64,000 bases of DNA from an uncultured Candidatus Saccharibacteria bacterium (GTDB lineage: Bacteria; Patescibacteriota; Doudnabacteria; UBA920): the NCBI GenBank assembly GCA_964650255.1, contig CAZYQT010000003.1, positions 14,619 through 78,618 of the forward strand, in the 5' to 3' direction. The first letter of the stretch is position 1. Each line of letters begins with the position of its first letter. The notes under the pieces were generated by a model. The model was not told where the DNA came from and did no database searches. It saw only the letters and a program-made list of their open reading frames with translations. Of the stretch, positions 17,701-27,509 are shown piece after piece. The translations under genes and the position numbers were made by a program.

Positions 17701-19251
17701 CTAATCCTCGTCTGAGTAAGCTTTGCGGCTAATAAAGAAGCCGCGTGCACTTTGGGAAATTTTCTTAAGTGACTGAGGAGGAGCTTTGCGGCCACGCTCG
17801 TAATCTGACCATTTTTTGTTTTTTGGTCTTCCTTTTGATGCTCCAGCGCTATGTCCGCCTGAGCCATGTCCACCTGAGCTATGACTAGGTTTGTAACCGC
17901 CTGGTGTTCTGGAAGGGGATGATGGCCCTGCGGATCTTCCTGAAAATGATGGTTTTTGGAATGGTGGACGAGATCCTTCGCGGCGAGGCGCTGGCCCAGA
18001 TGGGCGAGGTCCTCGTGGTCCTCGAGGGGCACCGTAGCTCGACCCACGTCCTCGAGAATAACCACGCAGCGGTGGGCGAGGTGGGGTAACAGAAGCCACT
18101 CGTTCTAGTTTTGGTAGGACTGCGACTGGTAAAGATTTACGAATTAGCTTTTCAATGGTTTTTACATCGCGGCGTTGGTCGTGAGTAGCAAAGGAGATAG
18201 CGTGTCCTGTCATAGAAGCACGACCTGTACGGCCAATGCGGTGTACGTAATCTTCCGCCTGGTCTGGCAAGTCGTAGTTAATTACTAGTTGAATTCCAGT
18301 AACATCAATTCCGCGAGCTGCAATGTCTGTAGCAACTAGTACGCGGTAAGTTCCCAACTTGAAACCTTTCAAGGCATCCAAACGTTGATTCAAAGAACGG
18401 TTGGAGTGAATTTCAGTAGCAGTAATTTTCATGTTGCGGATATCTCGGGCAATTTTCTTAGCACCATGCTTGGTTCTAGAAAATACTAAGACACTACCAT
18501 TAAACTTACCTAACAGTTCTTTAAGTAAAGCTAACTTTTCGCCACGTTCCAAAAAGTAAATTTCTTGAGTCACAGATTTTACTGCACTACCAGCTGGCGC
18601 AACTTCAATACGCAAAGGAGTCTTCATGTACGAATTAGCAATCTTTACAATCTCGGGTGGCATGGTTGCAGAGAATAGCAAAGTTTGGCGCGCCTTCGGC
18701 ACCTTCTCTAAAATTTTATTAATCTGCGGGGCAAAACCCATGTCGAGCATGCGATCAGCTTCATCCAAAACCAAAACCGCAGTTTTAGAAAGATCTACAC
18801 TTTTATGATCTAAGTGATCAATCAATCGTCCAGGAGTAGCAATAATAATGTGCGGGTTTTTCTTTAGCGCGACTATCTGGCGACCAATGTTTTCACCACC
18901 AATTAGAATAGCAGTTTTTAAACCAATTGATGCACCAATTTTCTTCAGAGTTTCATTCACCTGTAAAGCCAGTTCGCGAGTCGGAAGTACTACTAAGCCT
19001 GTGCCTTTACCTTGAGCAAGGCGTTGGATCATGGGAATACCAAAAGCCAAGGTCTTACCAGTACCAGTTTGGGCAATACCCATTAAATCAGTTCCAGAGA
19101 GGGCAGCGGGAATAGATTGTTCTTGAATCGGGGTTGGAGTAACGAATTTATTTTTCTGTAAAATGTCGAGCAGCTTCGGAGCAATACCTAAATTACTGAA
19201 TCCACCAGAACTGCTAGCAGCGTTACTATTGTTATCATTCGTATTTATCAT
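17701..19251 (-). CDS. DEAD-box RNA helicase (RhlE-like)
   Basis: AQTGTGKT, PTRELA, DEAD, SAT, HRIGRTGR; basic low-complexity tail. Confidence 0.95.
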   Translation of the reverse strand: MINTNDNNSNAASSSGGFSNLGIAPKLLDILQKNKFVTPTPIQEQSIPAALSGTDLMGIAQTGTGKTLAFGIPMIQRLAQGKGTGLVVLPTRELALQVNETLKKIGASIGLKTAILIGGENIGRQIVALKKNPHIIIATPGRLIDHLDHKSVDLSKTAVLVLDEADRMLDMGFAPQINKILEKVPKARQTLLFSATMPPEIVKIANSYMKTPLRIEVAPAGSAVKSVTQEIYFLERGEKLALLKELLGKFNGSVLVFSRTKHGAKKIARDIRNMKITATEIHSNRSLNQRLDALKGFKLGTYRVLVATDIAARGIDVTGIQLVINYDLPDQAEDYVHRIGRTGRASMTGHAISFATHDQRRDVKTIEKLIRKSLPVAVLPKLERVASVTPPRPPLRGYSRGRGSSYGAPRGPRGPRPSGPAPRREGSRPPFQKPSFSGRSAGPSSPSRTPGGYKPSHSSGGHGSGGHSAGASKGRPKNKKWSDYERGRKAPPQSLKKISQSARGFFISRKAYSDED

Positions 19252-19332
19252 TTTTTAATTTTAACACAAAAGTGCAAAATAGGCAAGTAAACCATGCTAT
19301 ACTTAATTAACTAACAAAAACATCAACAAACT

Positions 19333-20856
19333 ATGAAAAAAATAACATCAAAAATTTTCTATTTATTGGCCACGGTACTCGTGGCAACGCCATTATTTGG
19401 CTCAATTAGCACTGCTAGTGCACAGCTTTCTGCAGTTCGAACTATTGTTTTCCCGGTCATTGGCACAGTGAGCTATTATGATGACTTTGGTAATCCTCGC
19501 AGCGGCGGTCGCACTCACGAAGGTAACGATTTGATGGGCAAAAAATTAATGCCATTAGTTGCCGCAGTAGATGGCACTATCATCAATGTAAATTATCCAG
19601 AACAATCTTGGGGCTACTCGATTACGATTAAAGATAAAGATGGTTACACCTATCATTATTTGCACATGAATAATGACAATCCTGGAACTGATGATGGTCA
19701 TGGTGATGGCATGAATGCTTACGCACCAGATATTCAGCAAGGCAATAAAGTTGTGAAGGGGCAGTTGGTTGGCTATATGGGTGATAGTGGTAATGCCGAA
19801 GGTACGGGCCCACACTTGCATTTTGAAATTCGGTATCAGGGTACTGCATTTAGTCCTTACCAGAGTTTGCAAAATGCTACCAAGATTACTACACCTGTAA
19901 CTAGTTATCCTAAATTAGATAAAGAAATTTTGCCGTACGAAAGTTTTGGTGGAGGCGCCAATGTTGCAGCGGGGAATTTAGATACTGACAGTGCAATTGA
20001 ATATGTTACTGGTGCTGGTCCAGGTGGCGGGCCGTTAATTAAGGTTTTGGAAAAAGATGGGAAAGTTGTAAAGCAGTTTTACGCGTACGCGACTAACTTT
20101 ACTGGTGGTGTTGATGTTGCCGTCGGGGATGTAAATGATGACGGCAAGAATGAAATTATTACCTCACCTGGTCCAGGCGGCGGGCCAGATGTAAAAGTAT
20201 TTAAGGCTGATGGAACTTTGTTAAAAGAGTTTTTTGCGTATGCCGCCAACTTTTATGGTGGGGTGCATATTAGTGCTGCCGATATCGACAGTGATGGAAA
20301 TTGGGAAATAGTCACTGCGCCTGCTTCTGCCGGAGGTCCCCATGTAAAAATTTGGGATGTAAAGATTGCTGCTGGTAGTGCTGTGCCAACTGTGAAAAAA
20401 GAACTTATGGCGCACGACACTTCTTTGTCCTCAGGGCTCGACGTCGCTGGGTTTGATGGTGGTTTTGTAACTGTGCCAGGCAAGGGTGGTGGACCGCATG
20501 TAAAGATATTCGACAAGACCGCTTCATTGAAGAAAGAATTTTTTGCCTACGACGGCACTTTTACTGTAGGGATGCGTGTAAGTGTTGGTGATGCAAGCAC
20601 CTCTAAAACTGGAAGTGAAATTGTTGTTGCCCCGGCTTCCACTGGTGGACCGCATGTAAAAATGTTCTCTATGGCAGGGTCGGAAGTGTTTAGTAAGTTG
20701 GCAGCGTTCGAGCCGTGGTGGCGCGGCGGTTACGACATTGCCGCATTCAAGGCCGGTGCTGTAATTACCAGTATGGGTGGTCGTCGCACTAGCCTACGGT
20801 CTGCTACGTCAACAACTACTACACGCGATGATACTTGTCGCCGTCGGTGCAATTAA
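19333..20856 (+). CDS. Secreted M23 peptidase with FG-GAP/VCBS-like repeats
   Basis: HEGND and HLHFE; repeated GGV.VA.GD...DG..EI.T.PG.GGGP.VK. Confidence 0.88.
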   Translation: MKKITSKIFYLLATVLVATPLFGSISTASAQLSAVRTIVFPVIGTVSYYDDFGNPRSGGRTHEGNDLMGKKLMPLVAAVDGTIINVNYPEQSWGYSITIKDKDGYTYHYLHMNNDNPGTDDGHGDGMNAYAPDIQQGNKVVKGQLVGYMGDSGNAEGTGPHLHFEIRYQGTAFSPYQSLQNATKITTPVTSYPKLDKEILPYESFGGGANVAAGNLDTDSAIEYVTGAGPGGGPLIKVLEKDGKVVKQFYAYATNFTGGVDVAVGDVNDDGKNEIITSPGPGGGPDVKVFKADGTLLKEFFAYAANFYGGVHISAADIDSDGNWEIVTAPASAGGPHVKIWDVKIAAGSAVPTVKKELMAHDTSLSSGLDVAGFDGGFVTVPGKGGGPHVKIFDKTASLKKEFFAYDGTFTVGMRVSVGDASTSKTGSEIVVAPASTGGPHVKMFSMAGSEVFSKLAAFEPWWRGGYDIAAFKAGAVITSMGGRRTSLRSATSTTTTRDDTCRRRCN

Positions 20857-22490
20857 TGATGTCTAATATGGTCGGTGTAAAAGGTTAAATCTGCGTCAGT
20901 TTTTTTGTGCGGGTTGAAGATGTTTAAAGGATCGAAGATAGCTTTGGTCCTTTTAAATATGTCGAAAATTTTGTCACCAAACATGAATGGCAGGAAAGTG
21001 CCGCGCACTAAACCGTCATTGTGTTCTGCGGCCATTGAACCTTTGAAGTCGCGCACAAGTTTGAACACTTCGTCACTCATTTGGATTATTTGCTTACGAT
21101 GTTTTTCTTCAGACACATCTACTAAAGGAATGATATGGAAGTTGGCATCGCCAGCGTGGCCAGCAATTGTGTACACAAAGTCTGGATATTTGTTGAGGAT
21201 TTGATCCAGCTTTGGCATAAATTCTGGTAACTGATCTGGATGCACAACAATATCCTCAATAAACGGAGCAGAAATTTTGCGCGCATTGTGTTGGCGAAGT
21301 AGATTATAGCTTTCGCGGCGAATTATCCAATACTTTTGAGCTTCATCAAAACTTTTCGTTAAATGGGTTTGTAAATTAAAATGTTCGCGGATATTTTTTT
21401 GCGCCGCTTTAGCCCGAGCCTGTACTTGCACACCATCATCACCAGTAAAGTCAGCTAGTAAAACAATTTCCGGCAACCCGCCCTTAAGAGACATCCATAG
21501 TTCGGGTAAGAATTGCCAAAACAATTTCCATGGTGAGCCTTTCATTTTGCGGAGAATTTCTGGTAAGTATTTTAAAGCCAATCGCAATGTGTGCTTATCA
21601 AAAATTTCAAAACTTTCTGGCTTTAACTCGTTAACATGAGTGACCAATTGGCCTAACTGCTTTAGGTCGTTTAAAAAGAATACCAACAGACGAGAGTGGC
21701 GATGCACTGGCACAATCTTCCATTTGATTTTTGTAATTACTCCCAAGGTACCTTGCGAGCCAACGAACAGTTTGGTTAAATCAAAAGTTTTACCATCCCA
21801 CACATCCCACAAATAGTAACCAGATGAATTTTTGGAAGTGGTTGGTTTTGCTGCTTGGATTATTCGGTAATTATCTTGGATTAGTTCAAAAGTTTTGCGG
21901 TAGACTTCGCCCTCAAAAGTACTTAGTGCCATTTTAGTCTTTAGTTCAGTTTCGTTGAGTGGTTTTATGGTGTATGAATTGCCATCAGCTAAAACTACTT
22001 CGAGTTCTTCAACGAAGTCAATGGCCTGGCCGTACTGAAAAGTTTTTTCTCCTCCACAGTTGTTGCCAACCATCCCGCCAACTGAGACCCAGGCTTTGGA
22101 TACTGGGTAAGCTGGCATAATTTTGTTTTGCGCTGACAACTTCACTTCTAAATCGCGGAACATTACACCGCTTTCTGTTTGCACGCTAGCATCAGTTAGA
22201 TTTGAGATATGATTTAAGTGGCGTGTTGTGTCTATAATAATCGAATCATTCACGCTGCCGCCGGTCATGTCTGTGCCGCCACCACGAGGGGTAAGGGATA
22301 GCCCAGCGTTGGTCGCTTTATTCTCTGAGGCAAACTTCACCAAGTTTTTTACATCATCAACATCAGCAGGAAAGACAATTGCCTCTGGGGCAATTTGAAA
22401 AATACTCGCATCACGACTGTAATGTTCAATATCTTGCTCAGAAGTTGTTATTTCGCCTTTGAAATTTTGTTTCAGGGCACTTAGGTCCAT
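20853..22490 (-). CDS. FAD-linked oxidase (D-lactate dehydrogenase/GlcD family)
   Basis: PRGGGT, GGMVGNN, GSQGTLGVIT, GHAGDANFH, AEHNDG, FDP.NIFNP. Confidence 0.9.
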   Translation of the reverse strand: MDLSALKQNFKGEITTSEQDIEHYSRDASIFQIAPEAIVFPADVDDVKNLVKFASENKATNAGLSLTPRGGGTDMTGGSVNDSIIIDTTRHLNHISNLTDASVQTESGVMFRDLEVKLSAQNKIMPAYPVSKAWVSVGGMVGNNCGGEKTFQYGQAIDFVEELEVVLADGNSYTIKPLNETELKTKMALSTFEGEVYRKTFELIQDNYRIIQAAKPTTSKNSSGYYLWDVWDGKTFDLTKLFVGSQGTLGVITKIKWKIVPVHRHSRLLVFFLNDLKQLGQLVTHVNELKPESFEIFDKHTLRLALKYLPEILRKMKGSPWKLFWQFLPELWMSLKGGLPEIVLLADFTGDDGVQVQARAKAAQKNIREHFNLQTHLTKSFDEAQKYWIIRRESYNLLRQHNARKISAPFIEDIVVHPDQLPEFMPKLDQILNKYPDFVYTIAGHAGDANFHIIPLVDVSEEKHRKQIIQMSDEVFKLVRDFKGSMAAEHNDGLVRGTFLPFMFGDKIFDIFKRTKAIFDPLNIFNPHKKTDADLTFYTDHIRHH

Positions 22491-22531
22491 AAATGTATTA
22501 TATCAGATTAAGTGCTATAATTTGAGGTAGA

Positions 22532-23035
22532 ATGGCTACTAAACATAAGAAAAAATTAGACAACCAAATTGCGCTGTCTGAGCGTTTTACGACTTGGCTT
22601 GGTTCGCCAGCTTCGATTGTGGTGCATACACTCCTGTTTTTGGCAGCTTTTGCTTTGGTAATTTTTGGTGTGCCGTTTGATTCTGTACTGTTAATTCTGA
22701 CCACAGCCGTGTCTTTAGAGGCAATTTACTTGGCGTTGTTTATTCAGATGACGGTTAACAAAAACACTCAGAGTTTGGCCGATGTAGAAGAAGATATTGA
22801 AGAGATTGCCGAAGACGTTGAAGGGATTGAGAAGGACATTGATGAAATCGAAAAAGATATTGATGAAATGCAGGAAGACGTGGAGGGGATTGAGCAGGAT
22901 ATTGATGAGATTGAAAAAGATGATGAAGAGGATGATCTCCACGACGAGCAAACAATGAAAACTTTAAATCAGCTTCAGACTGATATCCAAAAGGTGATGG
23001 AAGATTTGCAAACGTTGAAAGATCAAAAGAAATAA
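22532..23035 (+). CDS. DUF1003-like membrane protein with an acidic heptad coiled coil
   Basis: LTTAVSLEAIYLALFIQM; EDVEGIE/KDIDEIE repeats. Confidence 0.75.
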   Translation: MATKHKKKLDNQIALSERFTTWLGSPASIVVHTLLFLAAFALVIFGVPFDSVLLILTTAVSLEAIYLALFIQMTVNKNTQSLADVEEDIEEIAEDVEGIEKDIDEIEKDIDEMQEDVEGIEQDIDEIEKDDEEDDLHDEQTMKTLNQLQTDIQKVMEDLQTLKDQKK

Positions 23036-23066
23036 AATTAAACAGGCCGTGAGAGAATCAGGCCTG

Positions 23067-23198
23067 TTATTTTTTTTGGTTTTTTAAACGCCAATAGGAA
23101 AAACAAGTTAACCCAACGATCGCAAATATGTATTCTGGCCACATTGTAAATGTGACGGTTGGGCCAAAAAGTAAGAGCAACGATGTTAAAATAAACAT
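23067..23198 (-). CDS. Candidate 43-aa hydrophobic peptide
   Basis: MFILTSLLLLFGPTVTFTMWPEYIFAIVGLTCFSYWRLKNQKK; AGGGGG 4 nt upstream; hairpin right after the stop. Confidence 0.45.
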   Translation of the reverse strand: MFILTSLLLLFGPTVTFTMWPEYIFAIVGLTCFSYWRLKNQKK

Positions 23199-23379
23199 TT
23201 TTCCCCCTGTCTATTTTTCATCCGGTTCATCTTCAAAGTTACATAAATTATATCACAAGTTTATTCATCTGGAGAAATTTGCTGTCGCCATAGCGCAGAA
23301 TACAAACCGTTTTCTTTCAGGAGCTGTTCGTGAGTGGATAACTAATTTGTGCTCATTTAAGGCCACTTATATACTTTAA

Positions 23380-24258
23380 GTGTTATTAAATAAATCTATG
23401 GAGAAAACAAAAATGAATCACCATGCAAAAATGAAACTTTTGCTGGGGTTGTTAGTCTGTGTCGCAGTGGTTGGTGCTTTCTATTTGAAGACTAGTACAA
23501 ATGCGCTTCATGGGTTAAACTCTCATGCTGATGAGTTGCCGCAGGTTCATTGGCAACACGCAACCACACCTTTTGCTTTAAAGATTATTGACCATACCAC
23601 AACTAATTGGAACAATACTCTGGAGAATATAACGAAGAAATGGTCAGCGGCTGATGTTATTAATTATCAAATAACACCAAGCAAGGCTCCTTTCCAGTGT
23701 TACCCTATTGTCATGCCTCCTTCAGATACCGGCATGCATGTTTGCAATATCAACGAGGAAAATGACTGGTTGGCGATCGCGGGTTATACACAACTAGCTG
23801 ATAGCCCGCATATTTATTATGGATTGGTTGTGCTTAACGATTTTTATTTAAACAACGAGAGCTCTGAGTATTCTACTGATGCTTGGCGCAATAAACTAGT
23901 CTGTGAATACTTGGGCTGGACTGAAGGCCTACCGTTTCGATTAGATGTCGGAGACGATTCTAATAGTTGTATGAATCTGGATTATGGTTTTGGAAATGTT
24001 CACAAGCAACAGTATCCCGACCAAATCGATCTAGATAGCATGAAATTAATTTATCGTAATCATATTGATCCAATTATGCCTAGCAGCGAAGGTGTAACAA
24101 CTAAATCGACAAAACAAAAAGTCACTAACCAGTCTTTGCAGGATGGTAAGTTCGGTCGTTTAGTTGAAACTATCAACAACGGAACTACGGAAATTTATCA
24201 GTTAGAATTAGCTGATGGTTCTAAAATGAACACTTTGATTCAGAGGGCTAGGCATTAG
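23380..24258 (+). CDS. Membrane-anchored zincin-like protein with a degenerate metal motif (true start probably the ATG at 23398 or 23413)
   Basis: TM; WL.IA, V.LND.Y, LVCEYLGWTEGL, SCM, P...D...L..IY.H. Confidence 0.55.
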   Translation: MLLNKSMEKTKMNHHAKMKLLLGLLVCVAVVGAFYLKTSTNALHGLNSHADELPQVHWQHATTPFALKIIDHTTTNWNNTLENITKKWSAADVINYQITPSKAPFQCYPIVMPPSDTGMHVCNINEENDWLAIAGYTQLADSPHIYYGLVVLNDFYLNNESSEYSTDAWRNKLVCEYLGWTEGLPFRLDVGDDSNSCMNLDYGFGNVHKQQYPDQIDLDSMKLIYRNHIDPIMPSSEGVTTKSTKQKVTNQSLQDGKFGRLVETINNGTTEIYQLELADGSKMNTLIQRARH

Positions 24259-25996
24259 TAGCAACCTGCTGCCGCCACAGTGCAGAGTACAAACCGTTTT
24301 CTTTAAGGAGCTGTTCGTGAGTACCTTGCTCAACCAGTTTACCTTTTTCAAGAACGAAAATAGTGTCAGCGTGAATGACGGTAGACAATCGGTGTGCTAC
24401 TAAGATGCGGATTAAATCTGGTCTCGTCTTTTCAATTTCCTTTATAGTCTGCGTAATTGATTCTTCGGTGATAGAGTCGAGTGAAGAAGTGGCTTCATCA
24501 AAAATTAGAAGGTCTGGATTGCGGAGTAGGGAGCGGGCAATAGCTAAGCGTTGTTTTTCACCACCGGAAAGCTTAAGGCCGCCTTCGCCAATTTTTGTGT
24601 CTAGACCCAAATCGCCGCCGCGTTCAAGCAAACTTTGCGCACTCGCGGCTTTAAGAGCATCAATACATTCTGAGTCAGTGGCTGTTGGTTTTACGAACTG
24701 CAAATTTTCGCGAATGGTGCCAGAGAACAATTGAGTTTCTTGGGCGACTAAGCCAACGCGGTTGCGCAAAGATACTAGATCAATTTCTGTGCTAGGCAAT
24801 CCGTTAAATAGCACTTGTCCTTCTGTGGGAGTGTAAAGACCAACGGTTAGTTTTATAACTGTACTTTTACCACTACCAGATGGCCCAACAAAAGCCACGG
24901 TTTTACCAGATTGGATTTCAAATTTTACCTTTGAAATCGCATGATCATTTCCGGTTTGGTAGCCAAAAGAAACGTCATTGAAAGCAATGGTACTGATTTT
25001 TCCAACAGGTTTTGGGTTTTCTGGCTGCTTGTCCTGTGGTTGGTTAAGAATTTCTTCAAGTTTTGCCAAGCTGGCTTTAGTTTCACCGTAGCTGGTTCCT
25101 AAATCTCCAAGGGCACCCAAAGGCGCAAAAATAAAGAATGAATAAATTTGTAGAGTGAAAAATTCCCCAATAGTTAATTGGCCCTCATAAATTAACCAGA
25201 ACATGGCAAGCATTAACACGGCACGCAGGGCGTTAATAATAGTCCCTTGCATAAAACTGTAGGCACGGATTAAGCGAACTTTTTTTAGTTCAAGATCGAG
25301 GATTTTTTGGTTGGTTAAATTAAGGCGATTAATTTCCTGACCCTCCAATCCTAAAGACTTAACCAATTCAACATTGCGCAATGTTTCAGTGGTGGATCCT
25401 GCCAAAGCCTGCGATTCATTAACAATTGGTGTTTGAGCGTCTTTGATTTTTTTAGTGATGTAAAAAGTTGTAATACCTAAAGTTGGGATCATCAACAAAT
25501 ACATTAAACCAATTAACCAGTGCACCCAGGTTGCGTAAATTAAGACAAACACAATTCCAACCAGGGACACGTAGAGCAGGCCAATAGCAAGGTTAAGAAA
25601 TTTTTGGGTATCGTTACGGGCTTGTTGTAGTTTTTGTAAAAATTCACCCGAGCGCTGATCTTCAAATACGGCATAGGGGAGAGAGAAGGAGTGAGTGACA
25701 CTGTCGGCATACATTTTTGCACCAAGGCGCTGGGTTATTACGTTGGTGTAATAGTCTTGAAAGTTCTTTGCTACGCGCGACACAAAAGCTGTACCAATGA
25801 AAGCTAACAGCAATAAAATAACTCCCTGGAAAAATTCTCCACGAGCAAAGTCTGAAAAATGCGCTGCGTATTTATCAACTAAAATTCGAAGCAGCTGCGG
25901 CTCCATTAAAGAAAACACTTGGTTAACCGTTGCCAAGATTAATGCTCCAGCAAGGAGGCCTTTGTAATTTTTTAAATATTTAGCGAATAGCTTCAT
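24248..25996 (-). CDS. Fused ABC exporter (MsbA/MdlB-like)
   Basis: TM domain plus GPSGSGKST, LSGGEKQR, DEATSSLD, AHRLST. Confidence 0.93.
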   Translation of the reverse strand: MKLFAKYLKNYKGLLAGALILATVNQVFSLMEPQLLRILVDKYAAHFSDFARGEFFQGVILLLLAFIGTAFVSRVAKNFQDYYTNVITQRLGAKMYADSVTHSFSLPYAVFEDQRSGEFLQKLQQARNDTQKFLNLAIGLLYVSLVGIVFVLIYATWVHWLIGLMYLLMIPTLGITTFYITKKIKDAQTPIVNESQALAGSTTETLRNVELVKSLGLEGQEINRLNLTNQKILDLELKKVRLIRAYSFMQGTIINALRAVLMLAMFWLIYEGQLTIGEFFTLQIYSFFIFAPLGALGDLGTSYGETKASLAKLEEILNQPQDKQPENPKPVGKISTIAFNDVSFGYQTGNDHAISKVKFEIQSGKTVAFVGPSGSGKSTVIKLTVGLYTPTEGQVLFNGLPSTEIDLVSLRNRVGLVAQETQLFSGTIRENLQFVKPTATDSECIDALKAASAQSLLERGGDLGLDTKIGEGGLKLSGGEKQRLAIARSLLRNPDLLIFDEATSSLDSITEESITQTIKEIEKTRPDLIRILVAHRLSTVIHADTIFVLEKGKLVEQGTHEQLLKENGLYSALWRQQVATNA

Positions 25997-26013
25997 AGGG
26001 TGTAAATCAAGGA

Positions 26014-26802
26014 TTAGTTACTAACAGTGATCATAAATTTTTTAGTGTCATCAACATTGTTGGTGCTGTGGTCCCAGTCGGCAGCGGCGTCAAATAAAGT
26101 TTTATAATCGTACTGGTAATTTTTACCAAACTTAGTGCCTGGGTCATTGGTAATAAATTTGCCGTCTTCGGTCCAGCCGGTAATGACCATCATGTGATGA
26201 ATTGGTCCCGGCTGTTTATAGTGCGGGTTGTGCAAAGCACGACCGTTAAATGATATTAACACTAATTTGTTCTCTGCCAAAGCCTGCTTTATTTCTGATT
26301 CGGAAAGACCCAGCTGCTTTGTCTTTAAACCATACATAGCTTCAATCATTACTGATGTTTCGGCGGTTGTCTGGTCTAAATGATATCCTTGATGCTCGTC
26401 TTGCCAATGGGTGAGTTTATTTATTTCGCCTTCCACTAATGAGACTGTCAGTGTTTGGTCTGCCGGAGTTCCATCAAAGTAAGCATTGGCCATAATGGCG
26501 CTGGCTTCTTCGCAGGCTTCGTTGTGAAGTTCATCCCAATTTGCAGTTGGGGCTTGAGTCGTGAAAGGCACTTTTATTAGTAGGGAAGGAGGAAGCGGTT
26601 TCGCGGCTTCGTTAGGAGTGTCATTTGGGGTTTCTTTTTTTGGTGTGTCGGTTGGGCCGTCAAACGTTACTGCGGTTTTAGGCGCAGGCATGGATTGGTT
26701 AGACGCTCGGCGGTGTAATAAATAGAATGCACCCAAAGCAATTAGCGCTGTCAGAAAAAGCAGTACTAAAAATTTGGCTGAGTGTTTGCGGAATTTCCTC
26801 AT
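26014..26802 (-). CDS. C39-like cysteine peptidase, membrane-anchored
   Basis: VPFTTQAP, ACEEAS, HMMVITG, ITNDPGT. Confidence 0.85.
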   Translation of the reverse strand: MRKFRKHSAKFLVLLFLTALIALGAFYLLHRRASNQSMPAPKTAVTFDGPTDTPKKETPNDTPNEAAKPLPPSLLIKVPFTTQAPTANWDELHNEACEEASAIMANAYFDGTPADQTLTVSLVEGEINKLTHWQDEHQGYHLDQTTAETSVMIEAMYGLKTKQLGLSESEIKQALAENKLVLISFNGRALHNPHYKQPGPIHHMMVITGWTEDGKFITNDPGTKFGKNYQYDYKTLFDAAADWDHSTNNVDDTKKFMITVSN

Positions 26803-27494
26803 AGAATATCGGACTTTTTAACTTCAATATATTCACCCACGGGAATGTTTTCTAGATGAAGTTTATTGATGCGCACCCGCTTTAAATTATGCACGCCCAA
26901 ACCAACCGCATTGAACATCCGCCTTACTTGTCGTTTTTTTCCTTCGTGAATAGTAATATAAATTTTTCCAGAGCGTTGGCGAATGCTTGCTGGTGAAGTC
27001 AGGCCAGTTGGCAATTCAATTCCCTCGCGAAGTTTTTCAAGTTGCGCAGGCTTAGCTGGTTCGTTGGTGATTACTTCGTACTCTTTATCGTGTTCGTACT
27101 TTGGGTGGGCAAGCTGTTGGGTGAGATCACCATCATTAGTTAGAATTAATAACCCTTCGGTATCGTAATCTAGACGACCAACGTTATGAACTTTGGTACG
27201 CAGCTCTTCTGGTAATAATGAGAATACGGTTTTGCGTCCATTCGGGTCTCGCTTGCTAACTACAGTGTTCTTTGGTTTGTTGAGCGCAATGTAAATTTTT
27301 TTAACCCGTGCTTCGCCTTTAGCTTTAACAATTTTTCCATAAACCTTAATTTCGTCGTTGTCTGGATCGACTTTGTCACCGAGTTTAGCCCTGCGCCCAT
27401 TAATTGAGACTTGCCCTGACTTAATAAACTCCTCGGCTTTTCGCCGAGAAGCAACACCAATTTCACTTAAAAATTTTTGAACTCGTTCTTGCAT
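26799..27494 (-). CDS. rRNA pseudouridine synthase (RluB/RsuA family)
   Basis: S4 domain SRRKAE; GRLDYDTEGLLILTNDG; EGKKRQVRRM. Confidence 0.92.
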   Translation of the reverse strand: MQERVQKFLSEIGVASRRKAEEFIKSGQVSINGRRAKLGDKVDPDNDEIKVYGKIVKAKGEARVKKIYIALNKPKNTVVSKRDPNGRKTVFSLLPEELRTKVHNVGRLDYDTEGLLILTNDGDLTQQLAHPKYEHDKEYEVITNEPAKPAQLEKLREGIELPTGLTSPASIRQRSGKIYITIHEGKKRQVRRMFNAVGLGVHNLKRVRINKLHLENIPVGEYIEVKKSDIL

Positions 27495-27509
27495 TCAGTT
27501 TAATTAATT

